NCBI GenBank assembly: GCA_963791085.1
Contig: CAWBQG010000003.1
Span: 119,447-183,446, forward strand
Length of the DNA: 64,000 nt
Origin: an uncultured Acidobacteriaceae bacterium
GTDB taxonomy: Bacteria; Acidobacteriota; Terriglobia; Terriglobales; Acidobacteriaceae
Direction of reading: 5' to 3'
Under the pieces are notes generated by a model that searched no databases, was not told where the DNA came from, and saw nothing but the letters and a program-made list of their open reading frames with translations. Each line of letters begins with the position of its first letter. Within the stretch, counting starts at the first letter, position 1. Shown here piece by piece: positions 35,148-43,309 of this stretch. Made by a program: the position numbers and the translations under genes.

Positions 35148-36089
35148 TCAGCCAACCATCTCCAGCACCGCGCCGGCGGTGGTTTCTAAACTTTCTGCCG
35201 GTGCGCCCGCAATCTCAATAACAAGCGACGCCGATGCCAGGCTGTTGTTCAGGACCTCGAACGCGCTCGTGCAATCAGTCTTTAAATAAGGAAGGCGATG
35301 CAGGCTCGGACCGCGTCCGTCAATCGAAGCTTCCAGGCGGAGCCCATTTCGTCCGCCGCAGCGAAAATTCCACTGCATGCCGGTGCGGATGTCGCCGTGT
35401 TCCCGCAAATCGCGGAGGACATGCTTCTCGCCACCGTGCCAGAGCACCGCTTTGCGGAATACCAGTCCAAATGGCATCTCGTAGACCAGGGCCTCAAACG
35501 TGGTTGCGGGCCGGCCGGCGCGAGGAAAATATGCGTGGGTCCAGGTCCAGAAGTTGCGATGCCGGTATCCGCAGTTGTGTCCCTGCAAGCCGAACCCGAG
35601 CGCGTCGCCCGCAAAGCTCCAGCCGTCCAGCGTGATCTCGCCGGAAAAAATCGCATCGGAGTGCGGCGTCCGCGAAAAGCCAATCCAGCCTTTGTTGCTC
35701 AACGTCACACGAAACGTGGAACGGTAACGCAGGTTCCAGCCGATCGTATGCCCGTCGACCACCAGCGCTCCCCGGCACGAGTCTTCTTCGATGCCGTTTT
35801 CGCCAACGTGAAACTGAAAGGGAGCCTGTCCTCTTCGGCTGAGGTCTAGCGACTGCAGCGGAAATCCCTGAATGAAGCTCTGCGGCTGCCCGCCCGCCGG
35901 AAACCATGTCGCCCACACCTGCACGGGCATTCCGCGCGGATTTCCGGCGCAGCCGCCGCGCCCGGGATTCATCAGCAAGTAACGAAACCACCAGGCGCCG
36001 CTGCCGTCGGCCAGTCCCATACGAAGAAACCAGACTTCATAGCGGCGCCGAACCGACAATGACGAAAATACTTCGTTTAGAGTGGCCAA
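35148..36089 (-). CDS. hypothetical protein, tentatively tocopherol-cyclase-like family
   Basis: 313 aa (TTG start). From memory, it resembles tocopherol cyclases: an N-terminal YEVWFLR...WWFRYLLMNP (cf. FFEGWY.R...F.YS.ENP), a central GHNCGYRHRNFWTWTHAYF (cf. EKNWG..FP..W.W.Q.N.F), and a C-terminal TAGAVLEMVG. The family call needs an HMM search. Confidence 0.5.
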   Translation of the reverse strand: MATLNEVFSSLSVRRRYEVWFLRMGLADGSGAWWFRYLLMNPGRGGCAGNPRGMPVQVWATWFPAGGQPQSFIQGFPLQSLDLSRRGQAPFQFHVGENGIEEDSCRGALVVDGHTIGWNLRYRSTFRVTLSNKGWIGFSRTPHSDAIFSGEITLDGWSFAGDALGFGLQGHNCGYRHRNFWTWTHAYFPRAGRPATTFEALVYEMPFGLVFRKAVLWHGGEKHVLRDLREHGDIRTGMQWNFRCGGRNGLRLEASIDGRGPSLHRLPYLKTDCTSAFEVLNNSLASASLVIEIAGAPAESLETTAGAVLEMVG

Positions 36090-36221
36090 GGATTTTCACG
36101 CTCCACGTAATGCAAGAAACGACATAGGAACTGTCTCACGGACGGATCGCACACGCCGTGATAGCTGTTACTGCGCTTCCGGGCCCCGGAGACTATAGTG
36201 TGAAGATCGAGACTCACCTCT

Positions 36222-37889
36222 ATGCTGGATGCGTCCGCCATCGCCGCGGGCTTTGGCCAGCTCGCCCCCGGCCAGTTGCGCGCCGCCCTCGAGAGCTTCT
36301 TGCCCCAGGGCGTCCCGGCCGCCGATAAAGTCAGCGTCATCGAAACCGGCCTGCGCAGCCCTGCCGGCCAGGCCATGCGCGACGTAATGGCGCGATGGAT
36401 CGTCGATGAAATCGTTCCGGTGGATACGCTCGTTCCCGAAGCTTATGTCAAGTGGCGTCCGCCTGTAAGGGACGCCATGATGTTTGTGGTGGCGCGACTT
36501 TCCCCGGCGCGCCTCGCCCCAAAACTTCTGGAGCAGATTGATCTTCCCGCCAACACGCTGGCCGAAGTGCGGCTGCTGCGCTTGATCGCGAAGGTGCCGG
36601 GCCTGCAAAAGCTGGGCCAGGTTATCGCGCGCAATCAGCATCTTCATCCGGCTCTGCGCAAGGCGCTTGCCCGGCTCGAAAACGGGATTCGCGACGTCCG
36701 GCCGGAACAGATTCATGCCATCATTCAGCGCGATCTGGGGAAGAGGATCGAAACGTACGCCATCGAGATCGCCCCTGCCATCCTCTCGGAGGCCAGCGTC
36801 AGCGCGGTTGTGCGCTTCAGCTGGCGAAATCCCGAGACCGGACGCCGCCAGCGTGGCGTCTTCAAAGTCCTGAAGCCTCACATCCCCGAGTATTTCGCCG
36901 AAGACATGGACTATCTGCAAGGGCTGGCCCAATATTTCGGAGATCGGCACCACCGCTATGGATTTCCTGCGCACCTCATTCCTGATACCTTCCGCAAAGT
37001 CCGGCGCTTGCTCCGGCACGAAGTCAATCTTGTCCGCGAACAGAAGACGCTGGTCGAAGCGGAAACTCTCTATCGGTCGATGCCCGGTGTTCGTGTGCCG
37101 CAGGTGATCGCCCCTTTGTGCGCGCCCACCATCACAGCGCTCACTGAGGAACGCGGGATCAAGGTAACGAGCGCGGCCGCCCGCTTGCCTGTCGCGCGCC
37201 GCCGAAAAGTGGCCGAGCAGCTCATCGAAGCTCTCGTCGCCGTGCCTTTGTTTGCGGCCACGCCCGATGCGATCTTCCACGGCGATCCTCATGCCGGCAA
37301 CCTGCTCTACAACAACCGCACCGGCGATTTGGTCATCCTCGACTGGGCCCTGCGGGAGCGACTGGGCCGCGAGCAGCGCCGGCATCTGGCGCTCCTGTTT
37401 CTGATGGTCAGCTTGCGCGATCCTCTCGGCGCCAGCGCCGCGATCGGCGCGCTCAGTCAGCAGCCCACAAGAATGCATTCGACTCGGGGAAAAATGCTGC
37501 GCCAGTCGGTAACGGAATTTCTGGGCGAGATGCCGCCCTCCCATTTGCCCAGTGCCGCCGACTCCATGCGCCTTCTCGAACGGGTCGCGATGAAAGGCGT
37601 CAGGTTTCCCGCCTCGCTCGTCATGCTGTCAAAGGTGATGTTCACGCTCGAAGGCATACTGGCCGACATCGTTGGGTCGGACACGGGTATGGGCTTCGCC
37701 ATCGCGCGTCGCGTCGCCCGCCGCTGGCTTGCCAATCGCTCCGCGTTCCGCTCGCCGCTCCGAACACGGGACTGGCTGACGCTGCAGTGCAGCGCGTTGC
37801 TCTACACCAGCCGCCTGTGGATCGATTGGGAGCAAGCGATGCTGAGGCGTTTTCTGACACACCGTTCCAAAGCGTTGCCAGCTGCCTGA
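36222..37889 (+). CDS. ABC1/UbiB (AarF) atypical kinase family protein
   Basis: 555 aa with ABC1 motifs: VFKVLKP, FHGDPHAGNLLY, ILDWA. Confidence 0.9.
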   Translation: MLDASAIAAGFGQLAPGQLRAALESFLPQGVPAADKVSVIETGLRSPAGQAMRDVMARWIVDEIVPVDTLVPEAYVKWRPPVRDAMMFVVARLSPARLAPKLLEQIDLPANTLAEVRLLRLIAKVPGLQKLGQVIARNQHLHPALRKALARLENGIRDVRPEQIHAIIQRDLGKRIETYAIEIAPAILSEASVSAVVRFSWRNPETGRRQRGVFKVLKPHIPEYFAEDMDYLQGLAQYFGDRHHRYGFPAHLIPDTFRKVRRLLRHEVNLVREQKTLVEAETLYRSMPGVRVPQVIAPLCAPTITALTEERGIKVTSAAARLPVARRRKVAEQLIEALVAVPLFAATPDAIFHGDPHAGNLLYNNRTGDLVILDWALRERLGREQRRHLALLFLMVSLRDPLGASAAIGALSQQPTRMHSTRGKMLRQSVTEFLGEMPPSHLPSAADSMRLLERVAMKGVRFPASLVMLSKVMFTLEGILADIVGSDTGMGFAIARRVARRWLANRSAFRSPLRTRDWLTLQCSALLYTSRLWIDWEQAMLRRFLTHRSKALPAA

Positions 37890-37934
37890 ACGCTGGCGCA
37901 CCCACGAGAGGATCTGGTTGCGCTAACTAAGTCC

Positions 37935-37972
37935 GTCATCCCGACCGGAGCGAAGCGGAGTGGAGGGACCTC
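37935..37972 (+). repeat. family C-related unit 'gtcatcccgaccggagcgaagcggagtggagggacctc'
   Basis: It shares the gtcat-...-agcgaagc- pattern with 9111..9140. Confidence 0.5.
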
Positions 37973-38039
37973 GTGTCTTCAACGACTCTCATTCTTGATG
38001 AGGCCCCTTCAATATGCCGATTATCTCCGGGGTACTACA

Positions 38040-38792
38040 TTACGCCGGCACAACCTTGGGCCGGCGAACTGCGCGCCGCTGGCTGTGTTTGGCCTTGGCC
38101 ACGACCTTCCTGCCCGGCTTGACAAGCTCCCCGATCCGGGACGCCTCCTTCTCGACAAAGTTCTTCACGCTTTCGCTGGTGAGGTTCGCCATCGGCAGCA
38201 AGCGGGAAGGCGACATCATTTCGGCCGTTCGAGTGGCCACGTCCAGGTTGACGTTCATCTGCTGGCCCACGACGTCGAGCAGCCTTTTCTGCGCCTCGAC
38301 AAAGGCGTTTCCTGCTTCGCGAGCCAGTTGCGTCAGTTCGGTTTTTTTCGCAGTCTTGCCGTCGTGCTCGTGCTTGCCCCGCGTCGCTTTCGCGGTTTCC
38401 TGCGCCACCACGTCGAGGAACTTTTTTTGCGCGCGCGTAAAGGTCTCGACCCCCTCGCGGGCAAACTCCACCAACTGGGCCGAGCGCGATCCCTTGGCTC
38501 CCTTTTCCGGCTCCAGCATCCGGAGCGCCTGTTTGCTGGTGGTGGTCAGCAGCTCTTGCTGCATCCCGATGAGTGTATCGAGGCCCCGCCGTACAAGATC
38601 GGTCGCTGCAACCGCCGGCAGAAAGCCGCCGACTCGTTCTTTTACACCGTTGAAGATGATGTCGTTCTCTTGTTGTGCCAGGTTAAGAAGAGTGCGCTGC
38701 GTTTCCACAAGGCTCGATGTTCCCTCGACGGCCAGCTCAGTCAACAACGACAGAGGCGAGTGCCCATTGTGGAGATTGGTATGGGTCGGCAT
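38040..38792 (-). CDS. phasin-like repeat protein (paralog 2)
   Basis: ATG at 38792 (MPTHTNLH). It is collinear with 32587..33513 (ETFTRAQKKFLDVVAQETAKATRGK...KKTEL...AFVEAQKRLLDVVGQQMN) and has a basic tail. It has the same promoter/operator architecture. Confidence 0.7.
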   Translation of the reverse strand: MPTHTNLHNGHSPLSLLTELAVEGTSSLVETQRTLLNLAQQENDIIFNGVKERVGGFLPAVAATDLVRRGLDTLIGMQQELLTTTSKQALRMLEPEKGAKGSRSAQLVEFAREGVETFTRAQKKFLDVVAQETAKATRGKHEHDGKTAKKTELTQLAREAGNAFVEAQKRLLDVVGQQMNVNLDVATRTAEMMSPSRLLPMANLTSESVKNFVEKEASRIGELVKPGRKVVAKAKHSQRRAVRRPKVVPA

Positions 38793-38806
38793 AAGTGCCC
38801 TCCAAA

Positions 38807-38821
38807 TGCTGCAATGCAGCA
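38807..38821. promoter_or_regulatory. PhaR-type palindromic operator TGCTGC-aat-GCAGCA at phasin-like gene 2
   Basis: Perfect palindrome, again exactly 8 nt downstream of the -10 and just upstream of the RBS. Confidence 0.65.
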
Positions 38822-38829
38822 TTGACACT

Positions 38830-38858
38830 AATATAGTATTCGCGCCGCTGCCCGTCAA
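38830..38858 (-). promoter_or_regulatory. sigma70-like promoter of phasin-like gene 2 (TTGACG-N17-TATATT)
   Basis: On the minus strand: 'ttgacg' (38853-38858), a 17-nt spacer, 'tatatt' (38830-38835). Confidence 0.55.
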
Positions 38859-39037
38859 GAGTTGTCTTCAGCCCATTGCGTTGCATCAATATGCAGCCTC
38901 GTGTGTCCTGAAACGGGAGGTGATTCGTCACATTTCCTTCGTGACCCAGCGCATATTCCTGCCGGTTCCGCCGCGCTACTCTGATTCCACTCCCAGCGAC
39001 CACTGACGGTCCGCTCCCCTCCAGAAAGAGATTTGCC

Positions 39038-39643
39038 ATGCGTGTCTTGCGGCGAGTGTTCTTGGCCGCTCTATTCCTGATCGTGTTCTGCCCCTGGAGC
39101 CTCGCGGCCTCCGGTGAATCCGATCAGGCCGTCGCGGAACGCGTCTTGGGTCCGCAATGGAAGCACCTTTCGTGCCGGGCGGGGATGGTATTTGCCGGCA
39201 CGGTGCTCGCCGACCGGGTACAAACCGCGCGAACCGACCGCAACGTGCCATCCATCGCGATGCGGTTCCGCGTGGACCGCGCGATTGCCGGCGTCGAGCC
39301 CGGACAGGTTCTGACCATCCAGGAATGGACCGGCGCGTGGTCGATTCAACCGCCCATGCGCCGAGGCGAGCGCTTCCTCCTCTTTCTATATCCGCTCAGC
39401 CGCCTCGGTCTGACCAGCCTGGTCGGGGGATCGCAGGGGCAGATTCCGCTGGATCCAACTGGCAGATACATCCTCGGCCACCGCCTGTGGGCTTCAGCCC
39501 GCATGCAAAATGCAGCGCAGCCGACTGCGTCGTTGGCTCGCGGGTCGGCCAGTGCTGCCTGCGCAACTCACACTCCGGCGGACCGCGCTCCCGTCACGCT
39601 GGACCAACTGGAGCGGGCGATCCGCTCGGCGCGAGGCGAGTGA
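39038..39643 (+). CDS. secreted hypothetical protein
   Basis: 201 aa with a signal peptide (MRVLRRVFLAALFLIVFCPWSLAASG). Its stop is 3 nt before the next gene. Confidence 0.6.
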   Translation: MRVLRRVFLAALFLIVFCPWSLAASGESDQAVAERVLGPQWKHLSCRAGMVFAGTVLADRVQTARTDRNVPSIAMRFRVDRAIAGVEPGQVLTIQEWTGAWSIQPPMRRGERFLLFLYPLSRLGLTSLVGGSQGQIPLDPTGRYILGHRLWASARMQNAAQPTASLARGSASAACATHTPADRAPVTLDQLERAIRSARGE

Positions 39644-39646
39644 GCC

Positions 39647-42600
39647 ATGCGAACTCGAATCATGACCGCCGCGCTGCTCGCCATTCTCACTCCCGTCACT
39701 CTCCGTGCCGGGGGCCCGGCTTTCATCGCCGGATCCGGCTACGATCCCGGAGTCGAGGGCCAGCCGCTCGTATGGGCGAACGCGTCGGTGCAGTACTACA
39801 CCGATCAGGGCGACCTCAGTCCCATCCTCACCAATGCGCAGGCGGATGCGTTCGTCGCCGCCGCGATCACTCCGTGGACCACCGCCGTCGGCGTCGGCCT
39901 CACCGTTAGCCAAGCGGGTCATCTGGCCGAGGACGTCACCGGCAGCAACATCCAGGTCACCGATGGCGCGATCAGGGCGCCCGCCGACATCACTCCTTCC
40001 GCGACCACGACGCCGCTCGGCATCGTCTACGACTATGACGGCACCGTCACCGATGCCATCCTCGGCGAAGGCGCAGGCGACCTCGAGGATTGCTTCACCA
40101 ACGCCGTCTATGGCGGCCCCGACAACTTCGCCGCCAGCGGCAACATCGTCCATGCTCTCGCCGTAATCAATGGAGTCTGTGCTTCCGCCAGTGCGCAACT
40201 CCCGGATGTGCAATACCGCCTGGTGCGCGTGCTCGCGCGCATCTTTGGACTTGGCTGGTCGCAGGCGAACATCAACGTCCTCACCAACGACCCGCCGCCA
40301 ACCGAGGACGACTACGCGGGCTTTCCCGCAATGCACTTTGCCGACCCGATCAGCTGCGTGCCCATCAGCCGTTGCTATCCCAATGCCGCCGTTCCCAAGC
40401 TCGATGACGTTACGGCGCTTGCGGCGTTGTACCCCGCCTCCAGCGGCAATCCGCAGCCAACCGGCGGACTCTGGGGCAATGTCTACTTCACCGACGCTTC
40501 CGGGAATGCCGCGCAAATGATGCAGGACGTCAACGTTGTAGCTCGCCTGATCGTCAACGGTCAGCCCTCGCGTCAATCCGTTGTGACTTCGGTCTCCGGA
40601 TATGCTTTTGTCGGCAACGCCGGCAACATCATCACCGGATACCTGAACCCAAACGGACAGCCGTTTAACAGCTTCGGCTCGAGCGATCCTGCACTCGAAG
40701 GCTTTTTCAGCCTGGGCCAGCTGATGATCCCCAGCGGCCAGACCTCGGCCTTATATCAACTCAGCGTCGAGGCGCTCGATCCGGACTGGTCGATGGGTGT
40801 GGGGCCCTACGCGCCCACCCAGGTCGCGCCCTCAGGTTCGTTTGCTCCGGTAGTCGTCACCGTAGTCAGCGGAACGAATCCCGAGCGCGACATCCTGATG
40901 GCGGGGAGCGAAATTGCCCAATCCCATCCCGGAAGCGGCTCGAGCTACCAGAATCCCGCGCCTTTGCCGCAAGGCGGCAGTTGGGGCTCGTGGATCTCGG
41001 GTTATGGCGCGGCCGATTTCTTCCAGTTCAATGCGCAAGCCAACCGTACCGCGTCGGTCACGGTGACGGCGTACGACGAATCCGGCAATCCTACCGAATC
41101 CAAGCTGCTGCCGGTCATTGGAATCTGGGAACTGAGCGACCTGAACGGCAACCCTGCGCCCGCCGCCACGCCTTCACCATTCAATTCGACGACGTTTGCC
41201 GTGACTCGCCTCAATGCCCAGTTCAGCACCTCCGAACCGTTCCGCGTCGGCGTGGCCGATTACCGCGGCGACGGACGTCCCGACTATTTTTACCAGGCCA
41301 GCGTCCTCTATTCGGATACGCTTACCCCCGCACGCCTCAGCGTGGCCGGAGGCGTAACCACGCTCGAAGGAATCGGCTTTCAATCCGGACTACAGGTAAG
41401 CGCGGGCGAAAATAACGGCACTGTGCTGACCCAATCCGCAACCCGGATGCAGGTGGCGCTGCCGCCGGCCGTGCAGGATGGCGCGGCCACGATTCAGGTC
41501 GCGAATCCGGTGAGCGGTTCGTTCTCGCAAATGATTGGCGCGCTCACGTATGGCGCGGCCGCGACCGATCTGCTTCTGCTTCTGCAAGGCGTCGAGCCGG
41601 CAACTCCCGCAGGAGCGCAGGCGCCGAATTTGATCCGCGTGCGCGCGACCGCCTCCGATCGAGTCACGCCCGTGAATGGAGCAACCATTGCGTGGAGTTC
41701 AACCAACGGCGTTGAATTCTCAGCTTGCGGCGCCGCAACTTTCTGTTCCGTCCTCACCGACCAAGCCGGAGAAGCTTCCACCTGGGGCCACGGGGCCCGG
41801 CACAATCACGGCACAGCTCGCGCCCGCTTCCTATTCGTCCGCCCAGACGCAGCAAACTACGCTGGTCGGATCCGAGAGCGCTCTCGATCTCGCCGCCATC
41901 GCCGCCACGCACTGGATCGCGAAGGGCGCAACCCTCGCGGTTCCGCTCACGGTCGAAGCGCTCGACCTCGGGGTGCCGCAAGCGAACGTGGCCATCCAAT
42001 TCACGGTCGTCAACGGCACGGCTTCTCTTTCTTCGACGACTGCAACCACCAGCAGCGCGGGACTGGCCAGCGTGACCGCGCAAGTCGCAAACCTCAGTGC
42101 CACCGTGCAGGTGAGCGCTTGCGTTTCTCCCGCCAATGCTCCCTGCCAGACCTTCACGTTGTTCGCCGTCCCGGCTTCTTCGTGGACGCTGGAACCGGTG
42201 AGCGGAACCCTTCAGGTCGTCCCCAATGGCCAGCCCTTTCAGCCGTTGGCGATGCGCGTGACCGACGGCTCGTCGGCCGACAATCCCGTGATGGGAGTCA
42301 ATGTCACCTTTGTGACCACGCTCGAACGCAACCCGCAGCCGCCCGGCGGAGGTCCACCTGCGGGCGGCGATGTCCAGGGACAGGATGACGCGCCCATTAT
42401 CCTCGGAACGTCGCAAACGCAAATCGTTACCGGACAGGATGGACTCGCGTCCATCACGCCGAGCGTCGGCAACCTCGGCCCGTGCGACGCGTTCATCGCT
42501 GTGACTGCGGGAAGCGCGACCGCTCAGTTTGAACTCGAGAGCGTCGACCCGCTGCCCTCGGAAACGCAGCCGCCCCAGAAAAAGGCCGGATGGGAACCGC

Positions 42601-42647
42601 CCCGAATTGCAGTGTCCCCGAAGCCACGCACGGCCCCGGAGAATTGA
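39647..42647 (+). pseudogene. large surface protein (degenerate matrixin-like domain + IPT/TIG + Big_1-like domains), frame interrupted
   Basis: ORF 39647..42388 loses protein-like sequence after ...SVLTDQAGEAST(W), near 41785. ORF 41676..42647 in another frame continues with ATGPGTITAQLAPASY... and more Ig-like repeats. The junction lies in G/C runs at 41783..41800. Confidence 0.75.
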
Positions 42648-42758
42648 TTTTGGATAGCGCAGCGCTTCACCGGTGTTGTACTTGATTTTGGGTGGCGCAG
42701 CGGTTTACCGCTGCGATAACTGGCGTGTTCTCATCGGCGGCTTTAGCCGCTGAGGCAG
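42648..42758 (-). repeat. family A composite repeat, inverted orientation, core duplicated
   Basis: 'gattttggatagcgcagcgc...' plus 'gattttgggtggcgcagcggtttaccgctgcg' plus 'cggcggctttagccgctgagg'. Confidence 0.8.
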
Positions 42759-43168
42759 GCTCGAGGAACCCCATGAAAGCCATCTATGAAAGACGCTGAA
42801 CGCGCCAGCAACTGCCATAGACCGGCAAACACAAACCCCAAAACGCTCGAGAAGAAACGATGAAACGACTCTCTGCCGCACTCGCGCAACCTAACAGCGG
42901 GGAGTGGACGTGATTAAGTTCTGAGGAGCCGAGTAGCGCCTTGCGAGGTTGCCCCGCCCTTCGCGTTCGTTGCGAAGGGTGGGATATCCTGCACAGGGCC
43001 GCACCCGTCTACCTTCGTATACCCCTCTTAAGAGGACTTGATAAAACTCTCGACTTGCCCATCAAATAAAAGACGAGCGAACCGAGCTTCGCAAACGCAG
43101 GACTCAGCTCTTTGACAACAGAACCGAACACGAGAGCGCCCCAGGCGCTGCCGTGAAGAGAAGACGGA

Positions 43169-43281
43169 CTAACTCCTTATTCCGTAATACTTTACCTCTA
43201 ACTTCTTTGTCCGGAATACTTTGCGGGGAAGATCGCGCTAAGTCTATGATTCCAATAGACCGGGCGTGGGGGGGTACCCCC
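43169..43281 (+). repeat. about 115-nt dispersed element, family D (contains repeated 'ggaatactt' subunits)
   Basis: 'ctaactccttattccgtaatactttacctctaac...ccggaatactttgcgggg...tatgattccaatagaccggg...ggtaccccc'. About 75% identical to the reverse complement of 51711..51825 (alignment by eye). Confidence 0.75.
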
Positions 43282-43309
43282 TGCCAGGCCGGAACCATCC
43301 ACCCATCCT

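Noticed and set aside
21663-38858. PHA synthase (phaC), ketothiolase or reductase genes that would make this an ordinary PHB locus
   Set aside because: No ORF in the window has PhaC-like lipase-box/alpha-beta features of the right size, and there are no PhaA/PhaB signatures. Absence from the rest of the genome cannot be established from this window.
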